Of a stretch of DNA of 45,805 bases, positions 1-8,528 are shown one piece after another (position 1 is the first letter of the stretch; each line of letters starts with the position of its first letter). The DNA is from Escherichia virus fEg-Eco19. A program made the position numbers and the translations under genes. The stretch lies in sequence record NC_073314.1; one strand, written 5' to 3'. The notes below the pieces were generated by a model, which saw only the letters and a list, made by a program, of their open reading frames with translations, did not search any database and had not been told where the DNA came from.

Positions 1-68
1 TCACCAAACGCAACAATCAAAGCGACTATTGCAGGAGACGCAACAATACAAACACCAATAAAATTTAC

Positions 69-97
69 TTGCACACTAAGATATAATAGGCTACTAT
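69..97 (+). promoter_or_regulatory. sigma70-like promoter (TTGCAC-N17-TACTAT) with AATAG-N4-CTATT palindrome over the -10
   Basis: Read directly: TTGCAC, 17-nt spacer actaagatataataggc, TACTAT; ~30 nt upstream of ORF 129..653. Same architecture recurs near 10641-10669(-), 21039-21067(-), 44695-44723(+). Confidence 0.4.
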
Positions 98-128
98 TCA
101 TTTACACAAACGAGAGGAGAGACAGAAG

Positions 129-653
129 ATGAGTAACAAAAACGAAGTATTCGAGTACCTGATTGACCAGCTACGGCAGCAGGTAACTAGCAACCGGTGC
201 GAAGACCTGGCGCACGAGGTGTTGTCACTCAAGAATCAGTTACGTGATGCGTCGGCGCTGGTGGCTGAGTTACAGAAAGAACTTGATATCGCCAATAGCA
301 CCGTCGTTCGTTTGCGTAAAGAGATAGCTAAGTCTACCGGTGACATTGGAGAATACATCGATGCCACGGAGCAATCTGGTTGCCATAAGGAAGATACTCA
401 GTACAACGCCTGGAGGCCGCATTATGGTGCACGACAACCTGTTCCGGATGGGACTATGGTATTTATCCGGTATCGCAACGGGGAGGAGCCAAAACACAGT
501 GTAGCAGCGGAAAAGCGGTCGTGGATTTGGGATGGAACATACGCAGACATAGTGGAATACAAGATTGACACACAGGAATGTGAACATGACTATCGTTTGG
601 TTCTGTGGTGTAGCGACTTACAGCAGTGCTCTAAATGCGGGGAGATCAAATGA
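129..653 (+). CDS. hypothetical protein, N-terminal coiled coil, Cys/His-rich C-terminus
   Basis: 174-aa ORF with ATG start and GAGAGGAGAG RBS-like stretch upstream; no recognisable catalytic motif. Confidence 0.5.
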   Translation: MSNKNEVFEYLIDQLRQQVTSNRCEDLAHEVLSLKNQLRDASALVAELQKELDIANSTVVRLRKEIAKSTGDIGEYIDATEQSGCHKEDTQYNAWRPHYGARQPVPDGTMVFIRYRNGEEPKHSVAAEKRSWIWDGTYADIVEYKIDTQECEHDYRLVLWCSDLQQCSKCGEIK

Positions 654-855
654 CCAGCATATTATTTATCTGGGTATTGTCCGCAGGCCAGATGCAACTA
701 GCGGCATCAGAAACGTTTTATTCGATGGAGGCGTGCCAGTCAGCGGCACGCGCCGCAGAGAACGCGCACTTTCTGTTTCAGGGTGACAAGCCCAACGACT
801 CAGAGGTACGCGCTATCTGCTCACCTAAGCGACTTGGTAAACAGGAGAAGTGATT

Positions 856-1038
856 ATGGTACAGAGATATAGCTACAACCCAATGTTCGGGTTTACTCCT
901 GATGTTGAAGGCGGGTTAGTGCTTTACGAAGACTACGCGAAACTTGAAGCCGAGTTACAGAAATACAAAGACCAGTTCCCGGATTACGTCGAGTGCGCGA
1001 ATTGCGGGTCAATTACACATGTGGAAGGGGTGGAGTGA
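856..1038 (+). CDS. small hypothetical protein (tandem paralog A)
   Basis: Starts MVQRY; shares MVQRY...Y..Y.KLEA.L with the next ORF; C-terminal CxxC. Confidence 0.4.
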   Translation: MVQRYSYNPMFGFTPDVEGGLVLYEDYAKLEAELQKYKDQFPDYVECANCGSITHVEGVE

Positions 1039-1232
1039 TGGTACAGAGGTATGAGGTGGAAAAATGGGGCCTGCCAGAGCCTGAGATGGCTGAGTACGCA
1101 TACGGCGATTATGTAGAATACGACGCTTATCTTAAACTGGAAGCAAAGTTACGTGAATTCGCTGAACAGGTAATGTACGAACCTTGTTCGAAAGTTACAG
1201 AAGAAATGGCCCGCGAGATTCTCGGAATATGA
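1038..1232 (+). CDS. small hypothetical protein (tandem paralog B)
   Basis: Starts MVQRY at a TGATG stop/start overlap with the preceding ORF. Confidence 0.4.
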   Translation: MVQRYEVEKWGLPEPEMAEYAYGDYVEYDAYLKLEAKLREFAEQVMYEPCSKVTEEMAREILGI

Positions 1233-1522
1233 GCCTTGCAACTGACATCCTGAAACGAAGCGGCCTTGCGCCGCTGTCACCGAGAACGAACACCCGAATA
1301 TACAAGCGCCGCCGTAACGCGCTGTACCCTGAGATTCAAGCCAGACGCAAAGCAGTCCGCGCCTGCGGATTCCAGAACGGGAAGGCCGTGAATCTCGGTG
1401 AGTTTAAAACAAAGGAACGTGCAGCAATCGCTAATCGGTTATTTAATTACTGGAAATCGCTGGGGTACGATGATATTCCGACGAAACCGCAGAGACGACA
1501 ATACATCTGGAGACATAAATGA
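1229..1522 (+). CDS. hypothetical basic protein
   Basis: ATGA overlap with upstream stop; internal ATG of track ORF 1184..1522; Arg/Lys-rich. Confidence 0.4.
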   Translation: MSLATDILKRSGLAPLSPRTNTRIYKRRRNALYPEIQARRKAVRACGFQNGKAVNLGEFKTKERAAIANRLFNYWKSLGYDDIPTKPQRRQYIWRHK

Positions 1523-1956
1523 CTACTATCGCGTTTGACGGAAAGACAATGGCTTGTGACACGCGGGTATCGGGAAGCCATACCTACAACACAGACACAA
1601 AGATTTACGAGAATGAGTTTGTTGTTATTGGGGTGGATGGAGATGCGGGGGTTGGTATCCTTTTAGTGAAGGACGACGGTATTTTAGTGCCTAAGCATTA
1701 TGATTTTGATTTCTCTGCTTTGGTGTGGGTTAAAGACATCGAAACGTTGTGCAAGGTAGAGTTCTATAAATCGTGGGATTGTGCCCTTAGTTCGGTTATT
1801 CCAATTGCGGACAGTTTTGCCGCCGTTGGTTCTGGTGCGCCTTATGCATTAGCGGCTATGGAATGTGGCTATTCGGCACATGGTGGCGTGGCGGTGGCGT
1901 CGAAGTTCGACACTAACACCGGCGGCAAGATTATTACCAAACAACTATTAGGATAA
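1519..1956 (+). CDS. HslV/proteasome beta-subunit-like Ntn hydrolase (short form)
   Basis: N-terminus MTTIAFDG (Thr directly after Met) and C-terminal AVGSGAPYALAAMECG resemble HslV TTIVSV and AIGSGGPYAQAAARAL; 145 aa, shorter than bacterial HslV. Confidence 0.5.
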   Translation: MTTIAFDGKTMACDTRVSGSHTYNTDTKIYENEFVVIGVDGDAGVGILLVKDDGILVPKHYDFDFSALVWVKDIETLCKVEFYKSWDCALSSVIPIADSFAAVGSGAPYALAAMECGYSAHGGVAVASKFDTNTGGKIITKQLLG

Positions 1957-2015
1957 TTCCTACCCGTGGTATCCTCCAGTTACTGCATACTTAACACGCA
2001 CCTGGAGGATTCATC

Positions 2016-2324
2016 TTGGATAAATTTACTGAAACAGTGACGGGGTGGCTTCTCGCTGCCGCACTGGTCGGGGGATTGGTCGGACTAAGACAACATAAAA
2101 AGTCTATATCCGGGCCGATTGACGGACTGGTATTTCTCCTCACCGGCTTCGCGTGTGCCATTTTCGGTGCACCTCTTGCTGCTCAATGGTTCGGTATTAC
2201 CGGTGAGCGCGAGATAGCTGGCCTCGGATTCATCATTGCCATTCTCTGGATGCCTATCTATTCCCGCCTTTCTGGCATCGTATCGGGCGGCAATATTGCC
2301 CGCCCAGGAGGACCGCATGACTGA
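2016..2324 (+). CDS. holin-like membrane protein (3 predicted TM helices)
   Basis: Three hydrophobic stretches; immediately upstream of endolysin. Confidence 0.5.
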   Translation: MDKFTETVTGWLLAAALVGGLVGLRQHKKSISGPIDGLVFLLTGFACAIFGAPLAAQWFGITGEREIAGLGFIIAILWMPIYSRLSGIVSGGNIARPGGPHD

Positions 2325-2589
2325 GCTATTCTGGTTTGTCGTAATGCTGGCAATGGGCGCTTCGTCCCTGTTCAACGTGTATAATGAACGCGTGGACGAC
2401 GGGCTGTTCGGGCGTGTTCTCTATATCCTGACTGCTATCGTCTGTGCCGCCGGATGTATCCACCTGTTACAGGGCAGCATGTCACCAACGCTGCCTGAGA
2501 CATTAATCACATTAGTCGCGCTGCGCCAGATTCGCCAGGCGTGGCTGTCATACGGAGGACATAAGCGTGTCTCGAAATATTTCAGATAA
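2317..2589 (+). CDS. small membrane protein (second holin or antiholin candidate)
   Basis: Internal ATG of track ORF 2236..2589 (MTELFWFVVMLAMG...); two hydrophobic helices; overlaps endolysin start. Confidence 0.4.
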   Translation: MTELFWFVVMLAMGASSLFNVYNERVDDGLFGRVLYILTAIVCAAGCIHLLQGSMSPTLPETLITLVALRQIRQAWLSYGGHKRVSKYFR

Positions 2590-3055
2590 TGGATTGCATT
2601 TCTGTGCCGCGTTCGAGGGATTCCGCGGAACTGCGTATCGTGCTACGCCGAATGAGAAGTACCTGACTATTGGTTATGGTCACTACGGGCCAGACGTAAC
2701 ACCAGGTAAGACCATCACACCAGGACAGGGCTTGCTGTTACTGAATCGCGATATGGCTAAGGCTGTAGCTGCTGTTGACGCGGCAGCACACCATTCGCTT
2801 ACACAGGCACAGTTCGACGCCGTGTGTGACCTGGTCTATAACGCCGGTGCAGGTGTGATTGCAGCTACTACTGGCACGGGTAAGGCGCTGCGTTCTGGTG
2901 ATGTTGCGACGCTACGGGCTAAACTGGTGCTGTTTATCAACCAGAACGGCAAACCGCTACTGGGCCTGCGTCGCCGTACTGCAGGTCGTCTGGCGCTGTT
3001 CGACGGTAAACCATGGCAGGAGGCGGAGGCTATTGGACGCGCGGTGAAAGGTTGA
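2567..3055 (+). CDS. endolysin, T4-lysozyme-like (GH24) muramidase
   Basis: FEGFRGTAYRATPNEKYLTIGYGHYG matches the GH24 catalytic Glu / TIGYGH region; GTG start. Confidence 0.8.
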   Translation: MSRNISDNGLHFCAAFEGFRGTAYRATPNEKYLTIGYGHYGPDVTPGKTITPGQGLLLLNRDMAKAVAAVDAAAHHSLTQAQFDAVCDLVYNAGAGVIAATTGTGKALRSGDVATLRAKLVLFINQNGKPLLGLRRRTAGRLALFDGKPWQEAEAIGRAVKG

Positions 3056-3241
3056 TAGACTAACGGCAACAGAAGATTAAACAACATTGAGGGCACCCCG
3101 GGTATCATCACCCTCACGGACCTGTAACAGGGTCGAGCCAAAGTGCGGTAACGCGTGCCGGAGAATCTCTGTTGACACCTAAGACTAATCCGACGATACT
3201 TAAATCACCTCCTGCTCCATCCCTCTGCTCTCCAGTTTTAT

Positions 3242-3272
3242 CCCGGCCCTGACCCAGCCGGGATTTTTTTTA
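3242..3272 (+). terminator. rho-independent terminator
   Basis: CCCGGC...GCCGGG stem followed by a run of 8 T. Confidence 0.6.
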
Positions 3273-3293
3273 TCTATTTTCGGTAATGACTAG

Positions 3294-3322
3294 TTGACTA
3301 TTACCACCGACCCTATTATATT
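3294..3322 (+). promoter_or_regulatory. sigma70-like promoter TTGACT-N17-TATATT
   Basis: Read directly; ~40 nt upstream of ORF 3363. Confidence 0.45.
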
Positions 3323-3362
3323 TACTCCATCGACAACGAGAACGGAGTAGAGAGAGAGAGAA

Positions 3363-3551
3363 ATGACGACTAAGATTAAGCATACCGATAAATGGGGTGA
3401 TTTCCTGGAGATAGAGAAGTGCAGGGATGGTTCATTACTTATAACTTGCACCGACGGTGATAGTGACGAATTAGCTAATGTTAATGTGAGCCTGGATGAT
3501 TTTATGTCTATTGTTGAGCAGGTTATGGCGTTTTATGGAGATGTTAAATGA
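3363..3551 (+). CDS. small hypothetical protein
   Basis: 62-aa ORF, ATG start, purine-rich (AG)n leader. Confidence 0.45.
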   Translation: MTTKIKHTDKWGDFLEIEKCRDGSLLITCTDGDSDELANVNVSLDDFMSIVEQVMAFYGDVK

Positions 3552-3697
3552 AAATCACAGATACCGAAGCATTCAAAGATGCACAACTGATGGCACGCAT
3601 CGCCGTTAGCAACCTGAGCAACAGCATTCCGGCGGATGCGTTCTGGTTCGCTGCTATGCAGACACTGAAAGCAGCTTATGCAGGAGATAAGAAATGA
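3548..3697 (+). CDS. small hypothetical protein (49 aa)
   Basis: ATGA overlap with upstream stop; below the track size cutoff, translated by eye. Confidence 0.3.
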   Translation: MKITDTEAFKDAQLMARIAVSNLSNSIPADAFWFAAMQTLKAAYAGDKK

Positions 3698-3849
3698 GCG
3701 AACAAGGTCAAGTAAGCCAGCCATTACGAGTAGGCCGTAAAGTAAATCACACCCCATTCCCGACACGTGAGGAACTGATGAAACGAAACAGTTTCCCGGG
3801 GCCGGACAAGAACAAGTATCTCAATCGCATGTGGGGAGAGAAGAAATGA
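3694..3849 (+). CDS. small hypothetical protein (51 aa)
   Basis: ATGA overlap chain; translated by eye. Confidence 0.3.
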   Translation: MSEQGQVSQPLRVGRKVNHTPFPTREELMKRNSFPGPDKNKYLNRMWGEKK

Positions 3850-4034
3850 CCGACCGTGAATACGAAAAGATGATGGTAGAGGCCGCAAACGGCAAAACGC
3901 AGAATGCTAAAGCTGAAATAGGGATACTAGATAGGCGGATAGAAGAACAGGCCCGATACCTTGACCGCCTTATGGAGCGCCGCCGTGAACTGATTAACCG
4001 CTTCAACCTGAACAAAGGTGACGCCAATGCCTAA
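3846..4034 (+). CDS. small hypothetical protein, coiled coil
   Basis: Internal ATG of track ORF 3831..4034 (MTDREYEKMM...). Confidence 0.4.
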   Translation: MTDREYEKMMVEAANGKTQNAKAEIGILDRRIEEQARYLDRLMERRRELINRFNLNKGDANA

Positions 4035-4266
4035 AATCACAATCGCATTACTAGAGCGCCGTATTCTGGTGCTTGAGTCAGAGAAACAGACGTTAGGTGG
4101 GCAACTGTCGATTAACGGTGGATTTCAACTGGAGGCGTTTAAGTTGCTACTTGAGCGCATGAAAGCGGACGAAAAGCCTTGCGCGCACGACTACTACATG
4201 CATTTAGTTGATGGGGTACATCGAGTCACATGCTTAAAATGTGGTAAAGCGTATGAAAGCGCCTGA
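4027..4266 (+). CDS. small hypothetical protein with C-terminal zinc-ribbon-like motif
   Basis: Internal ATG of track ORF 4018..4266; CxH...CxxC at C-terminus. Confidence 0.4.
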   Translation: MPKITIALLERRILVLESEKQTLGGQLSINGGFQLEAFKLLLERMKADEKPCAHDYYMHLVDGVHRVTCLKCGKAYESA

Positions 4267-4435
4267 GCCAGTAGTTATTGACGGCGTCCTGTGGAAACCT
4301 TACTCGGTTAACCACATTGACGCCGACGGGAAGAAGTTCAGCTTCTACATTTTTGCAATTAGCCGTGAGCACGCCGCCTGTGTGGTTGATGATATACGAG
4401 AAACGGCGTGGCTCGGTGATGAGATAGTGGGGTGA
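4253..4435 (+). CDS. small hypothetical protein
   Basis: Internal ATG of track ORF 4241..4435 (track start is GTG). Confidence 0.35.
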   Translation: MKAPEPVVIDGVLWKPYSVNHIDADGKKFSFYIFAISREHAACVVDDIRETAWLGDEIVG

Positions 4436-4522
4436 GAGTATGAGTCTTCAGGTTGTTATAAGTCTGGTGGGTCTTAGTTACTTCATCGGGCTGTTGGTTG
4501 GATCTCTGTGGGGTAGATACTA

Positions 4523-4693
4523 ATGTTCAATGATATTAACGCGGCAATCGAAGAAGCAATCTGGCGTCGTTACAACGGTGAGCAACAGCGCCACTTTTGC
4601 CTGGTGCAACGCGGTAACATGGTAGCCGTAGTGCAGGACCGCGATAACAAATATCCTAATGCGATGTGGACAACGAGGAATTTCTTAGGATGA
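4523..4693 (+). CDS. small hypothetical protein (56 aa)
   Basis: Translated by eye; stop overlaps next start. Confidence 0.3.
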   Translation: MFNDINAAIEEAIWRRYNGEQQRHFCLVQRGNMVAVVQDRDNKYPNAMWTTRNFLG

Positions 4694-4926
4694 TTACCAG
4701 CATTCCGAACCTGATTAAAGAATTCGGCACGATGGCTGAGACATGCCGACAAACAGGCCTCAACGAAATGACGATTGCTAAGTACAGCAAAGACGTAAAA
4801 TGCGAGCGACATGTAATTTATAACAACCGTCTGATGACGCACGTTAAGACAAGCCCGGTGTTATTCACGCGCCGCGGTATCACTAAAACAGAGCAACGCA
4901 TCGCTAAAGAGGAGAGTGGGGTATGA
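4690..4926 (+). CDS. small hypothetical protein, possible HTH
   Basis: Internal ATG of track ORF 4666..4926; segment TMAETCRQTGLNEMTIAKY looks HTH-like. Confidence 0.35.
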   Translation: MITSIPNLIKEFGTMAETCRQTGLNEMTIAKYSKDVKCERHVIYNNRLMTHVKTSPVLFTRRGITKTEQRIAKEESGV

Positions 4927-5078
4927 AAAAGTTAACTATCTACTGGAAAACAGGCGCTACGTCAGAACTCGATGTTTTCAGCGTAACGCAGTGCGAGAAG
5001 TTCTGGTATGCCGAAACATTCAACGGTGAAGTTAGAATCCCAATCGCACTGGTAGACGGCGGCGATATAACCGAATAA
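4923..5078 (+). CDS. small hypothetical protein (51 aa)
   Basis: ATGA overlap; translated by eye. Confidence 0.3.
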   Translation: MKKLTIYWKTGATSELDVFSVTQCEKFWYAETFNGEVRIPIALVDGGDITE

Positions 5079-5088
5079 CCCAACCACA

Positions 5089-5113
5089 AGCCCTCTACGG
5101 AGGGCTTTTCTGT
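5089..5113 (+). terminator. rho-independent terminator
   Basis: AGCCCTC-tacg-GAGGGCT followed by TTTTCTGT. Confidence 0.6.
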
Positions 5114-5205
5114 ACATCCCGCCCAATCACCTTATATAATCCCTTTAGACGCGTAGGGCGCGTCTGGTGCGCTCTGATGGTCAGACGCATATGCAAGGGG
5201 ATTCT

Positions 5206-5751
5206 ATGAAGCTGAAACTTAAGCAGCCATCGCCAGAGGTGGTGCAAGCTGCACATGAAGAAGCTGTTAGCGCAAACCGTCGCCGTAAACGACCGCGCGG
5301 TAAACAGAGCCTTTATCAATCATCCCGTAATTCCGCCGCGTTGTGGGACCCGGACTATTGCGACGCGTTAATCGAGTTCTTCGACCGCACGTCATGGGAG
5401 CTTGTGCCTACGTCCAAGGGTGATGAACGCCCGCTGATTCAGGACAAACCGCCGTCACTGGCCCGCTTTGCCTTACGCATCGGCGTCACTATCCCGATTA
5501 TTAAGCTGTGGCTGCGCGAGATTCCCGCATTCGCAGAAGCATGGGAGACAGCGCAGGCATTGGAAGAGGCATACTTCACTGAGACAGGAGCCGCTGGCAT
5601 CTCTGCTACGTTTGCCGCAGCTAAGCTGGGCCTTAGCAAAGAGAAACCAGTTGAATCCACCGAAGAAACAGCACCGACTGAGATTATTTTCAGTGTAGCG
5701 GAGCCTGTAGGTAAAATCGTAACAACGAACATGGGCGAGGTAGAGGAATGA
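5206..5751 (+). CDS. terminase small subunit (by position)
   Basis: Internal ATG (MKLKLKQ...) with AAGGGG RBS; immediately upstream of and overlapping terminase large subunit; basic N-terminal region. Confidence 0.5.
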   Translation: MKLKLKQPSPEVVQAAHEEAVSANRRRKRPRGKQSLYQSSRNSAALWDPDYCDALIEFFDRTSWELVPTSKGDERPLIQDKPPSLARFALRIGVTIPIIKLWLREIPAFAEAWETAQALEEAYFTETGAAGISATFAAAKLGLSKEKPVESTEETAPTEIIFSVAEPVGKIVTTNMGEVEE

Positions 5752-6998
5752 GTATTCAGTTATCTGCCCCGCAGGCGCTGTTCCTGAATTGCGATAACAA
5801 ATACAAAGCCTACGTCGGCGGCTTCGGCAGCGGAAAGACATTTGTCGGCTGTCTCGACCTGCTTACGTTCATGCTCAAGCACCCTGGTACGCGCCTCGGA
5901 TACTTCGGCCCAACATATCCGGCTATCCGTGACATCTTCTACCCAACATTCGAGGAAGCGGCTAATTTACTCGGTCTCGATGTGCTGGTTAAATCCGGCG
6001 ACAAAGAAGTCGTGGTTACCCGCGGTAAGACGGTGCTCGGGACTGTTATCTGCCGCTCGATGGATAACCCCGGTTCTATCGTCGGCTTCAAAATCGCCGC
6101 TGCGGTCGTTGATGAACTGGACGTATTGAGCCGTGAAAAAGCTGAACTGGCGTGGAACAAAATCGTCGCCCGTATGCGTCTTGTTATCCCTGGCGTAATT
6201 AACCACATCTCTGTCACCACGACGCCAGAAGGGTTCAAGTTCGTTTACTCCAAGTTCAAAGAGAATCCGACACCGAGTTACTCAATGGTGCAGGCCTCCA
6301 CACACGAGAACGCGCGATTCCTGCCGCCGGATTACATTAGCTCGCTGACCGAGACTTACCCAGCGCAACTGATTAACGCGTACCTGAATGGGGAGTTCGT
6401 TAACCTGACATCCGGCAGCGTCTACTACGCCTACGACCGACGTAAGCATCGCAGCAAAGAGACAATCCAACCGGGCGACACGCTGTACATCGGGCAGGAC
6501 TTCAACGTTACGAAGAACGCCAGCGCTGTGTATGTGCAACGTAAAGACGGCTGGCACGCGGTAGCAGAACTTAAGGGCCTGTTCGATACGCCAGATACCG
6601 TGCGTGTGATTACCGAGAAGTGGAAGTCGCAAGGCCACCGCATCGTCGTTTACCCGGACGCCAGCGGCAAGAACCGCAAAACCAACTCGGCATCAATCTC
6701 CGATATCGCCTTACTACAGCAGGCCGGTTTTGATGTTCGCGCTAAATCCGCCAACCCACCGGTTAAAGACCGTGTTTTAGCCGTGAATACCGCGCTGGAA
6801 AAAGGTAAGCTGTGGGTTAACGACCGCTTATGCCCTGAGATAGCGAAGACACTGGAGCAGCAGGCATATGATGATAACGGAGAGCCTGCTAAAGACGGTG
6901 TCATTGACCATATGGCGGATGCTCTCGGCTATCCTGTAGTTTATGAGATGCCGGTGGTTAAGCCAGTAATCAACATCCCGGTGACTTTCGCACTTTAA
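5748..6998 (+). CDS. terL: terminase large subunit
   Basis: Walker A GGFGSGKTF near N-terminus; 416 aa; followed by portal. Confidence 0.8.
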   Translation: MSIQLSAPQALFLNCDNKYKAYVGGFGSGKTFVGCLDLLTFMLKHPGTRLGYFGPTYPAIRDIFYPTFEEAANLLGLDVLVKSGDKEVVVTRGKTVLGTVICRSMDNPGSIVGFKIAAAVVDELDVLSREKAELAWNKIVARMRLVIPGVINHISVTTTPEGFKFVYSKFKENPTPSYSMVQASTHENARFLPPDYISSLTETYPAQLINAYLNGEFVNLTSGSVYYAYDRRKHRSKETIQPGDTLYIGQDFNVTKNASAVYVQRKDGWHAVAELKGLFDTPDTVRVITEKWKSQGHRIVVYPDASGKNRKTNSASISDIALLQQAGFDVRAKSANPPVKDRVLAVNTALEKGKLWVNDRLCPEIAKTLEQQAYDDNGEPAKDGVIDHMADALGYPVVYEMPVVKPVINIPVTFAL

Positions 6999-7010
6999 GA
7001 GGATTATTCA

Positions 7011-8492
7011 ATGTTAACTATGAACGGTCAGAATCAGGGTGTTAAGACAAAACACCGGGAATGGCTGCATCACTTCAATAAATGGCAGAAGGTGCGCCAC
7101 GCGCTGGAAGGCGACCTCATCCGTTACCTGCGCAATGTCGGGAAGAACGAGCCTGACCCGACCTATGCGGCACAGCGCCAGGAAGAATACGAGAACGGCG
7201 CTATCTGCTACAACTTCACTAAACGTACCCTGGCGGGGATGGTCGGCAGTGTTATGCGTAAAGACCCTGAGCAGATTATCCCGCCTGAACTTGAGTACCT
7301 GTTACGCAACGCTGACGGTTCAGGTGTCGGACTATGGCAGCACGCGCAGGATACGCTAATGGAGATTGATTCGGTGGGTCGCGGCGGGTTGCTGGTGGAC
7401 GCCCCTGAGACAGCTGCAGCAACGGCAGCCGAGCAGAACGCAGGGCTATTAAACCCGGTCATCGCATTCTATACCGCGGAGAACATCATCAACTGGCGAC
7501 TGGCTCGCGTCGGTTCAGTGAACCGCGTGACGATGGTTGTATTACGTGAGATATGGGAATACTCAGAACCTGGTGCAGAGTTCGAAACAAAGTTCGGCGA
7601 GCAATACCGCGTCCTTGACCTGATTGATGGGCGCTACCGCCAGCGCATTTACCGCTTCGATGCCGAAGGTGGCGCTCAGGATGAAGTAATCGAAATATTC
7701 CCGGAACTTGGCGAACAGTTACGCGGCAAAATCCCGTTCACGTTTATTGGCGCAAGCAATAACGACGCGACCATTGACGATGCGCCTTTGCTGCCGTTGG
7801 CCGAGCTTAATATCGGGCATTTCCGCAACAGCGCAGACAATGAGGAATCCAGCTTCGTTGTAGGTCAGCCAACTCTGTTCATCGCCCCTGGTGAGAACAT
7901 GAGCATGGAGCAATGGAAAGAAGCTAACCCCCACGGCGTGCGCATGGGGTCGCGTTCGGGCCATAACATCGGCTACGGCGGCAATGCGTTTCTGGTCCAG
8001 GCAGGAGAGAACAACCTCGCCAAACAGAACATGCTGGATAAAGAGAACCAGGCAATCCAGATTGGTGCACAGCTTATTACCCCGACGCAGCAAATCACCG
8101 CGGAATCGGCACGCCTGCAACGCGGCGCTGATACGTCTGTTATGGCAACAATCGCACGTAACGTAAGCATGGCGTATACCGATGCGCTGAAATGGGTTGC
8201 GGGGATGCTCGGACTTAGTGACGGTACTGAAATTGAGTTCAAACTGAATATGGAGTTCTTCCTGCAACCTATGACCGCCCAGGACCGCGCTCAGTGGATG
8301 GCGGATATTAACGCGGGCCTGTTACCGGCTACCGCTTACTATGCTGCGTTGCGTAAGGCAGGGGTAACTGACTGGACCGACGAGGATATTCAGAACGCTA
8401 TCGAAGACGCACCTCTGCCGTTAGGTGCTGTTACTCAGGTGGCGGGGGAGATTCCGCGGTCGGCGCAGCAACAGGACACCACTCAGCCGTAA
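7011..8492 (+). CDS. portal protein
   Basis: 493 aa, directly downstream of terL, AAGAGG RBS. Confidence 0.7.
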   Translation: MLTMNGQNQGVKTKHREWLHHFNKWQKVRHALEGDLIRYLRNVGKNEPDPTYAAQRQEEYENGAICYNFTKRTLAGMVGSVMRKDPEQIIPPELEYLLRNADGSGVGLWQHAQDTLMEIDSVGRGGLLVDAPETAAATAAEQNAGLLNPVIAFYTAENIINWRLARVGSVNRVTMVVLREIWEYSEPGAEFETKFGEQYRVLDLIDGRYRQRIYRFDAEGGAQDEVIEIFPELGEQLRGKIPFTFIGASNNDATIDDAPLLPLAELNIGHFRNSADNEESSFVVGQPTLFIAPGENMSMEQWKEANPHGVRMGSRSGHNIGYGGNAFLVQAGENNLAKQNMLDKENQAIQIGAQLITPTQQITAESARLQRGADTSVMATIARNVSMAYTDALKWVAGMLGLSDGTEIEFKLNMEFFLQPMTAQDRAQWMADINAGLLPATAYYAALRKAGVTDWTDEDIQNAIEDAPLPLGAVTQVAGEIPRSAQQQDTTQP

Positions 8493-8528
8493 GTTCACAT
8501 ATAGCCCCGAAAGGGGCTTTCTTATAGT

